21,803 bases of DNA from Thermodesulfobacteriota bacterium (GTDB taxonomy: Bacteria > Desulfobacterota > Desulfobulbia > Desulfobulbales > SURF-16), in the NCBI GenBank assembly GCA_039715015.1, contig JBDLIE010000044.1:1-21803 (forward strand), given 5' to 3'. The notes under the pieces were generated by a model that ran no database searches, was not told the DNA's origin, and was given only the letters and a program-made list of their open reading frames with translations. Below, piece after piece: positions 1 to 8,981 of the stretch. Positions within the stretch are counted from its first letter, which is position 1, and each line of letters opens with the position of its first letter. The translations under genes and the position numbers were made by a program.

Positions 1-2772
1 GTGATTAAGGATGAGTTTGAAGTAATAAATAATCGAAGGAAACGAATTGGTCATCGCTATTACAAAGAGAATGACGCGCCGCCTGTTAAAGAGGAAGAAA
101 ATGAAGGAGGAGAAAACTCTCCAAACCAGAAGAATAAGAAGAAGCAGCCACCATGTAATACTCTGATAGGGCTTGCGCTTTCAGGTGGAGGGATTAGGTC
201 GGCAACCACCAACATCGGCGTGCTACAAGGCCTTTCAGAGCGAGGGGTGCTTCCCTTGGTGGATTATCTTAGTACCGTCTCTGGAGGTGGTTATATCGGG
301 GCCTGTTTGTCATCCTTGCTTGCAACTACAGACAAGGCAAGCGAACTCGACTTTACGACTAAATGGGATAAGTTTCCTTTTCGCGAGGACAAGATCGATT
401 CGGAAGGTGAAGGTGACAAGCAACTCGGAAAGGACCAGATGCATCATATGCGGGTTCGGGCAAGTTATCTTGCTCCACGCGCCCGGCAATTCAGTCCTAA
501 TGTTATGAGGGCATTAGGCGCGGTTTTCGGATCAACAGTTTCCTCGCTTATTTGGTTTGTTCTGTTGCTTACCATTATTACTTCCATATACATGTTTGTT
601 GTTTTATTGGTGGCTCCTGGCCTCGATATACAATCGATTAGCGACGCTGGTATGATTAAAGTACCCAGCCTGGAATCAGGAGTAGTCAACTCCTCTTTAG
701 TACAGACAGATGCGTCATCTAAAAATATTGGCGGCACGAAACTTAATTCTGAGTCGTTCATAAATGATCTGAGAAATATTTTTGCATCAGCCCAGAAACC
801 TCTTGAAGAATTTAAAGAGGTCAAGAGTCCGTTATCATTAATCATAAGTCTCGGAGTATTATTGGTTGGGGGGATCATTGGTGGGCTTACAGCTCTGCTT
901 CTGCGCTCATCAGATTTCATAAAGACAGACTACGGGTTGTTCTTAAGGATGATGTTCTACTTGCTTTTGGCTGTGCTCCTAGGAGGAGGATTGATATTTC
1001 ATGGCTTGGGTTTGGAGGAATTTGCCAAAGGAGCAATCTTGGTCATCCCACCGCTGTTTATCTGTGGAGCGTTATTGGCCACCGGAGTCTACTATTGCTT
1101 TGTTTCGAGAAATGCTGAGAAATGGGATATTGATTGTCGTTCTCGATTTCATAGACTTGCAGGCGTGCTGTTTGTTTTTTTGCTTCTTACCCTTATCCTG
1201 GCAGTGCTCCCGGGTTTCATGGTCATCGGGGTAGACAGGTATACCACCTTGCTTCTTTTCACTCTTGGTGTCGGCCTGCGATACGCAATTACCGGTAGCA
1301 ACAATAAAGCCGTTTCCCAAGCAACGTCTTTTTCTTTACCCTCTAAGTATAAGGAGTGGTTGTTGGGTATATTCACCTGGGTATTCTTTTTACTAGCCGT
1401 AATCTTTGTCGGAAATCTGATTTCAGAAAGCTTTTTAAGCGATTTGTGGCCCTCTAAGCTTGAGCTGAATCATTTCATGAATCTGTTGGTAATATTGGCT
1501 GGGTCGATCCTGCTGTTGGCGGGATTCAACTTCTTGGTGGATGCGAACAAGATCGCCTCTCATTATTTTTATAGGGATCGTTTGGCTGAGGCCTTTTTAG
1601 AAACCAAAGATCCTGATAAAAAGTGGACCCGTAATGATAAGGAAATCATGCTGGCTGACGTGCATGGTGATATTTATGATGGTGAGGGAGATAGGGATAA
1701 TGGGCCCTACCTGCTTCTTAATGCCACCCTGAATCTTACCGCCTCAAAGAACCTGAAAGCCTTTAACAGGAAGTCGGGTATTTTTACCTTCTCCCGTCTC
1801 TATGTAGGTTCTGAAAAAACTGGTTACCTTGACACTAAAGATTATATGGTCGATGGTGGCCCCTTAAAACTTGCCCGGGCCATGACCATTAGTGGGGCAG
1901 CCGTAACCTCAGTCATGGGCATGAATACTTCTCTCATAACCTCTTTTCTCTGTACTGTTTTCGGGGTGAGGTTGGGGTATTGGTTGCCAAATTTCAAGAA
2001 TGAAGATGTGAAAAATAATCTCTTTCAAATTTTGGAAAAAAGGAGGGAGATGGAGGGAATTACATCCAAATCGGATGGTGAAAAATTGAGTCCGGAAGAA
2101 GTTAAAAAGATTAAAAAAAATAAAAAAGAGTTGAGGAGATTAAGAGGGGAGATCAGTGAATCTGCGAACAGAAGATTATTAAATGAGATGTTTGCTCACA
2201 CCACAGCCAAGGGCAAAGAAATTTATCTGAGTGACGGCGGTCATAGCGGTGATAACCTAGGCATCATCCCATTGTTGCGAAGGCGGGTGAGGGTATTGAT
2301 TGTCTCTGACTCTGAATGTGATCTGAACCACTCCTTTGATTCTTTTAACAGTTCGGTTCGAAACGCCTATGTCGATGAGGGGATACGGATAGAAATTTCC
2401 CTCGCAGGATTCAGAAAGGATACAAATAATTTAACCAGCGACAAGTTAGCAGTAGGAAGAATTTTTTATCCTGGCCAGGATAAAGATCAAAGAAATTGGC
2501 TCATCCTATATAAAAATACCATGACAGGAAAAGAGATTGCTCCCATTGTCAATTACAAGGAAAAGAGTCAGGATTTTCCGCACGAGAGCACTTCTGATCA
2601 GTTCTTCACCGAAGAGCAGTTTGAGTCATATCGTGCCTTGGGTAGGTTCGCGCTGGCAGAAGCTTTTGAGTCAAAAGAAGGATGGCTGAATGCATGCAGT
2701 GTTTCGGCAAAAAATGATAAGAAAAGCTGTAAAGAAGTATATAAATTCTTAAAACAGCATGTGAATTTCTAA
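1..2772 (+). CDS. Patatin/cPLA2-like phospholipase-domain integral membrane protein (may be 5'-partial)
   Basis: 923-aa ORF with oxyanion motif LALSGGGIRS, nucleophile motif STVSGGG and catalytic-Asp motif LSDGGH. About 9-10 hydrophobic segments lie between the two halves of the catalytic domain. It begins with GTG at base 1, so the true start may be upstream. Confidence 0.8.
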   Translation: MIKDEFEVINNRRKRIGHRYYKENDAPPVKEEENEGGENSPNQKNKKKQPPCNTLIGLALSGGGIRSATTNIGVLQGLSERGVLPLVDYLSTVSGGGYIGACLSSLLATTDKASELDFTTKWDKFPFREDKIDSEGEGDKQLGKDQMHHMRVRASYLAPRARQFSPNVMRALGAVFGSTVSSLIWFVLLLTIITSIYMFVVLLVAPGLDIQSISDAGMIKVPSLESGVVNSSLVQTDASSKNIGGTKLNSESFINDLRNIFASAQKPLEEFKEVKSPLSLIISLGVLLVGGIIGGLTALLLRSSDFIKTDYGLFLRMMFYLLLAVLLGGGLIFHGLGLEEFAKGAILVIPPLFICGALLATGVYYCFVSRNAEKWDIDCRSRFHRLAGVLFVFLLLTLILAVLPGFMVIGVDRYTTLLLFTLGVGLRYAITGSNNKAVSQATSFSLPSKYKEWLLGIFTWVFFLLAVIFVGNLISESFLSDLWPSKLELNHFMNLLVILAGSILLLAGFNFLVDANKIASHYFYRDRLAEAFLETKDPDKKWTRNDKEIMLADVHGDIYDGEGDRDNGPYLLLNATLNLTASKNLKAFNRKSGIFTFSRLYVGSEKTGYLDTKDYMVDGGPLKLARAMTISGAAVTSVMGMNTSLITSFLCTVFGVRLGYWLPNFKNEDVKNNLFQILEKRREMEGITSKSDGEKLSPEEVKKIKKNKKELRRLRGEISESANRRLLNEMFAHTTAKGKEIYLSDGGHSGDNLGIIPLLRRRVRVLIVSDSECDLNHSFDSFNSSVRNAYVDEGIRIEISLAGFRKDTNNLTSDKLAVGRIFYPGQDKDQRNWLILYKNTMTGKEIAPIVNYKEKSQDFPHESTSDQFFTEEQFESYRALGRFALAEAFESKEGWLNACSVSAKNDKKSCKEVYKFLKQHVNF

Positions 2773-2813
2773 AAGATCAGGGGGGAGGAAGAAAATATTC
2801 GCCTCACTTTTAC

Positions 2814-4472
2814 CTAGATCGGGCAGGCGATATTCCCAAGGCGCTCGGAGAGCTTAAGGTTTTCCCGGTAATCAATCGGTACAGAGAGCAGCACCGGCAC
2901 CTCCTGGCTGAAGGCCTCCTTGAGGGCATCGTGGAGGTCGGCGCTGTTTTCCACCCGCATGCCTTTGCAGTCAAAGGCCTCTGCCAGCTTGATAAAGTCG
3001 GGATTTCTAAAGGTCAGGTCCGTGTGGCGGCCAAAGGTGTTTTGCTGCTTCCACTCGATGAGGCCGTAACCCTGGTCGTCCCAGATCATCACCACGATAT
3101 TGGCGCCGATCCGCCGTGCTGTTTCCAGTTCCTGAACATTCATCAGAAAACCGCCATCACCGCAAATGGCCAGCACCTTGCGCTCAGGGTGGACTATCTT
3201 GGCGCCAATGGCGCCGGGCAGGGCAAAGCCCATGGAGCAAAAACCATTTGAGATCAGGCAGGTGTTGGGCTCGTCACATTGGTAGTAGCGGGCAATCCAC
3301 ATCTTGTGGGCACCCACGTCGGAGAGGACGATATCATCCGGGCCCATGACCTGACGCACATCCCAAAGAATTTTCTGGGGCCGGATAGAACCCTTGGTGT
3401 CATCATCCTTATGGGCCATGAAATCTTCAAGCTGCCGCTCTCGGATGGTATGGACATAGTCCTCGTTAATAAGGGGTTCATGGTCACTGAGGTTTTGGTT
3501 GAGCAAATCCAGGGTCATACCTAAATCACCGATAATCTCCAGGTCCACCTGGTAGTATTCGTCGGTCTCGGCTGGTACGCAGTCGATGTGAATAAGCTTT
3601 TGCCCTTCTTTTTCGTTGAAATGACGGCTCCAGAGATGGGGGGCATACTCCACCAGATCATAGCCCAGAGTGATGATGAGATCAGCCTGCTGCAGGCTGC
3701 AGAGAATGTGGTCCTGGGACTGGAGGCCAATGGTAAAAAGGCAACGCTCGGACTGGCGGCTCACCGCCCCTTTGCCCATAAAGGTATTGGTCACCGGAAT
3801 ATGGGTCTGGTCGGCAAAGAGGCGCAGGGCCTTTGATGCCTTATGGCGGATGGCGCCATTGCCTGCCAGGATAACAGGTTTTTTGGCAGCCTTGATCATC
3901 TCCACTGCCTCATTAATAAGATGGGCGGCAGGGACAGGTCTTTCCGGTCTTTCAATGGGCAAAGGCGCACCTGCGGCCTCAAAGGCGGCAATGTCATCGG
4001 CCAGCTCAATATGGCAGGCCCCTGGTTTTTCCATGGTGGCCAGTTTAAAGGCCTTGCGGACCACCTCAGGGATATTCTCGGAATGGATAATGGGCTTGGC
4101 CCATTTGGTAATGGGGCTGAACATGGCCACCACATCCATATGCTGATGACTTTCCTTATGCTGGCGGCGGCTATCAGCCTGACCGGTGAGAACAATGAGC
4201 GGCGCCCGGTCCATATTGGCGTCAGCCACACCTGTGACTAGGTTGGTGGCCCCAGGTCCCAAGGTGCCCAGACAAACACCGGGCCGACCAGTGAGACGAC
4301 CATAGACATCAGCAATAAAAGCGGCCCCCTGCTCATGACGGCATACTACAAACTGGATGGGTGAATCCTCCAGGGCAATCATGAAATGGGCATTTTCCTC
4401 ACCCGGCACACCAAAGATATATTCCACCCCTTCATTTTCCAGACATTTGACAAAGAGCTCGGCGGCTTTCAT
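2814..4472 (-). CDS. Acetolactate synthase large subunit-like ThDP-dependent enzyme
   Basis: N-terminal GVEYIFGVPGEE, catalytic RHEQGAAF, GPGATN, SMGFALPGAIGA and ThDP motif GDGGFLMN. 552 aa; no ilvN small subunit adjacent. Confidence 0.88.
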   Translation of the reverse strand: MKAAELFVKCLENEGVEYIFGVPGEENAHFMIALEDSPIQFVVCRHEQGAAFIADVYGRLTGRPGVCLGTLGPGATNLVTGVADANMDRAPLIVLTGQADSRRQHKESHQHMDVVAMFSPITKWAKPIIHSENIPEVVRKAFKLATMEKPGACHIELADDIAAFEAAGAPLPIERPERPVPAAHLINEAVEMIKAAKKPVILAGNGAIRHKASKALRLFADQTHIPVTNTFMGKGAVSRQSERCLFTIGLQSQDHILCSLQQADLIITLGYDLVEYAPHLWSRHFNEKEGQKLIHIDCVPAETDEYYQVDLEIIGDLGMTLDLLNQNLSDHEPLINEDYVHTIRERQLEDFMAHKDDDTKGSIRPQKILWDVRQVMGPDDIVLSDVGAHKMWIARYYQCDEPNTCLISNGFCSMGFALPGAIGAKIVHPERKVLAICGDGGFLMNVQELETARRIGANIVVMIWDDQGYGLIEWKQQNTFGRHTDLTFRNPDFIKLAEAFDCKGMRVENSADLHDALKEAFSQEVPVLLSVPIDYRENLKLSERLGNIACPI

Positions 4473-4612
4473 GGCAGGTTGACCTTTTAAACAGATAAAT
4501 TTATGAAGTGTGTTGAGTGAAGAGAGTTTTCCCTCAAGACTCTTAGTTAACAGCTGAACAATATTACCATATTAGATGCCCTAAATATCGGTCTTCTTCC
4601 AAAAAAAATATA

Positions 4613-7516
4613 ATGGTCAATTCTCCCTCCCATAGCGTTGCCGAATATCTAGCCGCCCTTAAAGCGTCAGAGCGTTTTGGGCCGCAGGTGGTGCACCATG
4701 AGTTTCTGGCCGGTCAGGAGGCCCTGTTCCATGGGTTGGCTCAGCCTTTGCCGGTAGAACTTGTGGAGATTATGGCCACAGAAGGAGCGAGCAAGCTCTA
4801 CAGTCATCAGACCCGGGCCATGGATCTGATCCGAGACGGCAAAGATATTCTGGTGGCCACGCCCACGGCCAGCGGCAAGAGTCTGATCTACAATATGCCG
4901 GTTGTGGAGGGCATTGTGGCCTGCCCTGAGAACCGGGCTTTGTATCTTTTTCCTTTGAAGGCTTTGGCCCAGGACCAGCTGCGGCGCCTGGAGGTTATGG
5001 CACAGCAGCTTCCTGAAGAAAAACGTTTTAGCGCTGCGGTATGCGATGGCGACACATCCAGTTATCGGCGCAAGAAGCTGCGCGAGAATCCGGCCAATAT
5101 TATTATCTCCAATCCGGAGATGCTTCATCTCTCCTTCCTGGGCTACCACGAGAAGTGGGCCGAATTTTTCAGCAACTTGACCTATGTGGTCATTGATGAG
5201 GTTCATTCCTACCGGGGTGTTTTCGGCTCCCACATGGCCTGGGTGCTCAGGCGTCTGCTTCGTATCTGCGCCCTGTATGGCAGCAAACCGCAATTTCTGC
5301 TTTTCTCAGCCACCGTCGGTAACCCGGAAGAGCTGGGAGAAAGGCTCATTGGCCGAAAGCCCCAGGTCATTACTGAGAGCGGGGCACCCCAGGCCCCCCG
5401 GCATTTTGTTTTTTTTGATCCCTGGGACGGCGCTGCCTGGGCTGCCAGTCAGATGCTTGAGGCCGCCCTGAAGCGCGGTCTGCGCACCATCGTTTATACC
5501 CAGTCGCGTAAGATTACAGAGCTTGTCGCCCTGTGGACGGGAGAGAGATTAGGAGAATTAAAAAACAAGCTCACCGCCTACCGGGCCGGTTTTTTGCCAG
5601 AGGAGCGCCGCGAAATTGAGCATAAGCTGGCCAGCGGCGAACTTTACGGAGTGGTGACCACCTCGGCCCTGGAGCTGGGTATTGATATCGGTTCTTTGGA
5701 TATCTGTATTTTGGTGGGCTACCCCGGCTCCATCATGTCCACCTGGCAGCGGGGCGGCCGGGTGGGCAGGCGGCAGCAGGAGAGCCTGATCATCATGGTG
5801 GGCCAGGAGGACGCCCTGGATCATTATTTCCTCAAAAACCCCCAGGAGTTTTTTAAACGGCAGGTGGAGGCGGCTGTCCTTAATCCCGACAATGAGGAGA
5901 TCAGCGCCCGGCAGTTGATCTGCGCTGCGGCTGAGTCTCCCCTCCATATTGATGAACCCCTTCTTGCCCTGCCGGCAGTGAAAAAGGCGGTGGAAACCCT
6001 TTGTGCCTCTGGCCAACTCTTGCAGGCCAAGACCGGCCAGCGTTTTTTTACCTCCCGCAAATATCCCCACCGCCAGGTGGACCTGCGTGGCAGCGGCCAG
6101 CCCTTTGTGATCAGAAAGGTCGATGACAACGAGCGCCTCGGAGATATTGATGGCGGCCGCTGTTTTAAGGAGTGTCATCCCGGCGCCCTCTATCTTCATC
6201 ATGGCCAGACCTGGGAGGTGGTGGAGCTTGATCTTGATAGCAGCCAGGTATTGGTCCAACGCAAGGATGCCAATTATTTCACCCGGGCCATGGCCAATAA
6301 GGAGACGGAAATCCTGGAGACCTATGCCGAGGTGGAGGTGCGCCATATCAAGGCCTGCTTTGGCCGCCTTAAGGTCACCGATCAGGTCACTGGCTTCCAG
6401 CGCAAACTGATCAAGGGCCAGAAGACCATCAGCAAGGAGAGCCTGGATCTGCCGCCTCAGGTTTTTGAGACCCATGGCCTCTGGTTTGAAATTCCTGAGG
6501 GGCTTGAAGCCAGAATGCAGCAAGATAAGGCCCATTTTATGGGCGGTATCCATGCCGTGGAGCATGCCGCCATCGGTGTATTTCCCCTCACCGTGCTTTG
6601 TGACCGCAATGATATCGGCGGCATCTCTTATCCCTTCCACCCCCAATTACAGTGCTCGGCTATTTTTATTTATGATGGCTATCCCGGTGGCGTCGGTCTG
6701 TGCAGGGAGGCCTTTGCCTGCATTGATGACCTGCTGGAGGCTGCCCACACCGCCATTGTCTCCTGCCCATGCGAAACAGGATGCCCTTCCTGTGTGCATT
6801 CTCCCAAATGCGGTTCTGGTAATCGCCCCATTGATAAGGAAGCAGCCCGTATTGTTTTAGAGGAACTCCTGGCCGGTGACAGGCAGCGTCGGGAGGTTTT
6901 GCAAAATGATACGAAGACGGACTTGGCTGAAGAAAATCCTCCGGAGCAGGCAGACGCGCCGCTTCTGCCCCGTAAATGGGCGGTGTTTGACGTCGAGACC
7001 CAGCGCTCCGCCGCTGAGGTGGGGGGCTGGCATAAGGCCGAGCGCATGGGGGTATCGGTGGCCGTGGTCTATGATGGTGAGACAGAAGATTTTCTGGTCT
7101 TCCGGGAGGGAGAGATGACAGAGCTCCTTGATTATCTCTGTGAACGGGAGCTGGTGGTTGGCTTTAACAATAAACGTTTTGATAACAGGGTGCTATCTGC
7201 CTATGGCAAGGCCAATCTCCACCTCGTGCCCACCATTGATCTTCTTGAAGAGGTGAAGAACCGTCTGGGCTATCGCCTCAGTCTTGACCGTTTGGCGGAA
7301 AAGACCTTGGGGGCCCAGAAGAGCGCTGACGGTCTCCAGGCCCTCAAATGGTACAAGGAAGGCCGAATCGACAAGATTATCACCTATTGCCGTCAGGATG
7401 TGGAAATTACCCGTGACCTCTTTCTTTTTGCGCTGGAAAACAACTATCTCCTCTTTCAAAATAAGGCCGGTCAAACCGTGCGCTGTCCTCTGGATTTATC
7501 GCTGTCGCACGGTTGA
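4613..7516 (+). CDS. DEAD/DEAH-box helicase of the YprA/MrfA/Hrq1 family (DUF1998) fused to a C-terminal RNase H-like (YprB/DEDD-type) exonuclease domain
   Basis: Walker A PTASGKS, DEVH, motif III SAT, motif VI QRGGRVGR and DUF1998 Cys cluster CPCETGCPSC. The last ~180 aa carry VFDVETQ...GFNNKRFD...YCRQDV acidic motifs. Confidence 0.9.
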   Translation: MVNSPSHSVAEYLAALKASERFGPQVVHHEFLAGQEALFHGLAQPLPVELVEIMATEGASKLYSHQTRAMDLIRDGKDILVATPTASGKSLIYNMPVVEGIVACPENRALYLFPLKALAQDQLRRLEVMAQQLPEEKRFSAAVCDGDTSSYRRKKLRENPANIIISNPEMLHLSFLGYHEKWAEFFSNLTYVVIDEVHSYRGVFGSHMAWVLRRLLRICALYGSKPQFLLFSATVGNPEELGERLIGRKPQVITESGAPQAPRHFVFFDPWDGAAWAASQMLEAALKRGLRTIVYTQSRKITELVALWTGERLGELKNKLTAYRAGFLPEERREIEHKLASGELYGVVTTSALELGIDIGSLDICILVGYPGSIMSTWQRGGRVGRRQQESLIIMVGQEDALDHYFLKNPQEFFKRQVEAAVLNPDNEEISARQLICAAAESPLHIDEPLLALPAVKKAVETLCASGQLLQAKTGQRFFTSRKYPHRQVDLRGSGQPFVIRKVDDNERLGDIDGGRCFKECHPGALYLHHGQTWEVVELDLDSSQVLVQRKDANYFTRAMANKETEILETYAEVEVRHIKACFGRLKVTDQVTGFQRKLIKGQKTISKESLDLPPQVFETHGLWFEIPEGLEARMQQDKAHFMGGIHAVEHAAIGVFPLTVLCDRNDIGGISYPFHPQLQCSAIFIYDGYPGGVGLCREAFACIDDLLEAAHTAIVSCPCETGCPSCVHSPKCGSGNRPIDKEAARIVLEELLAGDRQRREVLQNDTKTDLAEENPPEQADAPLLPRKWAVFDVETQRSAAEVGGWHKAERMGVSVAVVYDGETEDFLVFREGEMTELLDYLCERELVVGFNNKRFDNRVLSAYGKANLHLVPTIDLLEEVKNRLGYRLSLDRLAEKTLGAQKSADGLQALKWYKEGRIDKIITYCRQDVEITRDLFLFALENNYLLFQNKAGQTVRCPLDLSLSHG

Positions 7517-7680
7517 AGCGCTTGAACTGCCTGGGGTGAACAGGTAAGATGCAAATTGCATGGGTGTGCAGGTGCCTGCGTTAACTGTTATCCGTTCTCC
7601 CCCTCAAGGGAGGGAAACTAAATCAGACAATAGGGAAGTTTTTATATGCCAAATAGAAAGATTAGGGGACTGAGCTCAAG

Positions 7681-8052
7681 GTGGCAGGGATGAACCAGGA
7701 TATCCTGCCAGCCGAACTACCAGGTCTCGCCATCCAGGAGGCCCTAAAGCGAATAGAGATTCCTGGGGAAATCTTTAAGACGATTCTTGTCAAGTTCGTC
7801 GAGAACAACAAAGAGAAGGCCCTGGCAATGCTTGACGCCCTGGCTCGGGGTGACTTGCCAGGTCTCATCATGCTGGCCCATACCCTGAAAGGTGCCGCCG
7901 CCAACATTGGTGCGGCAAGTCTTGAGCAGAATTGCCTGGCCGTTGAGATGGCATCAAAAGAGGGAAAAGGGGCTGATGAGTTAGAAGGGTTAATCAACGA
8001 TCTGGCGCAGTCCCTGGACGTGGTGGTGACCTCAATAACCAACCTTTCTTAA
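7681..8052 (+). CDS. Stand-alone Hpt (histidine phosphotransfer) domain protein
   Basis: AHTLKGAAANIGA Hpt signature in a helical 123-aa ORF. Start is GTG 7681 or ATG 7690. Confidence 0.85.
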   Translation: MAGMNQDILPAELPGLAIQEALKRIEIPGEIFKTILVKFVENNKEKALAMLDALARGDLPGLIMLAHTLKGAAANIGAASLEQNCLAVEMASKEGKGADELEGLINDLAQSLDVVVTSITNLS

Positions 8053-8059
8053 AGAGTTA

Positions 8060-8226
8060 CTAACAGATCCTTGCCAGCTGTTCAGCCACCGGCATATCAA
8101 TAACCCTGGTTGCTCCAAGAGTGTGGTGAGGGTAACCATCCCTGGATTTTCTTTTTTTGCTTCACCGATGATGGCCGCCCGTTTTCCTTCGTTGGCCGCC
8201 TAGAGAAGGTCGGTCCCCAATATCTC
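8060..8226 (-). pseudogene. hypE: 3' remnant of hydrogenase maturation gene hypE
   Basis: Minus-strand translation gives EILGTDLL*AANEGK-RAAIIGEAKKENPGMVTLTT, then after a frameshift near 8120 LGATRVIDMPVAEQLARIC*. This matches HypE C-terminal motifs (EILGxDPLYxANEGK, AAIIGEV, EQLPRIC). In-frame TAG at 8200-8202. Confidence 0.85.
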
Positions 8227-8346
8227 CCGGCCTCTCTGCCATTGTCTCCCTTATCACAATTAAAGTTGAAACCAGGGCGGCGGGCCTGAATGACATAGGG
8301 AATAGGGAAAGCAGTGCCTGGATGTATCTACCTGCAGATCATTCTG

Positions 8347-8374
8347 ATGTTAGATACACGTACCTATATGTCAA
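8347..8374 (-). promoter_or_regulatory. Putative sigma70 promoter upstream of the hypE remnant
   Basis: Minus strand TTGACA (8374-8369)-N16-TAACAT (8352-8347), overlapped by an 8-bp inverted repeat (8323-8330/8351-8358). Confidence 0.5.
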
Positions 8375-8383
8375 ACTTCTTTG

Positions 8384-8893
8384 TCACCCTTTGAGCGCCC
8401 CGGGCCGTTCATGAATTTCGAAGGTGTAGGGCTCTGAGGCTTCGACATATTCAGAATAAGTTTTCACGAACTCGGATTCGGAAAATTCAGGGAAATAAAT
8501 ATCACCGGCAACCTCACGGTGGATGATGGATAGGTAGATGCTGTCAGCCAGAGCCATGGACTGTTTGAATATTTCACCGCCGCCAATGATAAATATTTTT
8601 TCATGAAGGGGTTTGGCGATATCAAGGGCCTCTTGCAGGCTGGAGGCCATTTTACACCCTTCGATTTTTAGATCTGCCTGGTTGGTGATAACGATGTTGG
8701 TCCGGCCAGGGAGGGGATGGCCAATGGAGTCGTAGGTTTTGCGTCCCATAACCAGGGCATGGCCCATGGTGGTACGTTTGAAATGGGCGACTTCCTCCGG
8801 TATATGCCAGGGGATGGCGTTGTTTTTGCCAATGACTCTATTCTCAGCCATGGCAACCAGCAATATGATAGGGGAAGAAGTAGTAGGAGTCAT
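8384..8893 (-). CDS. folA: Dihydrofolate reductase
   Basis: VAMAENRVIG, IPWHIP, MGRKTY, PLPGRTNIV, IIGGG and GDIYFP motifs. ATG at 8893 gives a typical 169-aa DHFR; the longer ORF-track start runs into the repeat element. Confidence 0.93.
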   Translation of the reverse strand: MTPTTSSPIILLVAMAENRVIGKNNAIPWHIPEEVAHFKRTTMGHALVMGRKTYDSIGHPLPGRTNIVITNQADLKIEGCKMASSLQEALDIAKPLHEKIFIIGGGEIFKQSMALADSIYLSIIHREVAGDIYFPEFSESEFVKTYSEYVEASEPYTFEIHERPGALKG

Positions 8894-8981
8894 GGAGAAA
8901 GTGTATGACTGAATTGCTCTATGAAGCAAGGAGAAAATGTCTAGGAGATCTGAATCTGGATAAACGCTAAGCCATAAAAAA

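Noticed and set aside
5558..6646. Long antisense ORFs (362 aa here; also 12542-13312, 19399-20205, 4667-5293, 18597-19205)
   Set aside because: Shadow frames opposite well-supported genes, with no motifs.
4613..7516. DUF1998 helicase as part of DISARM or Druantia defence
   Set aside because: No methylase or partner genes nearby; the architecture fits the MrfA/YprA repair family.
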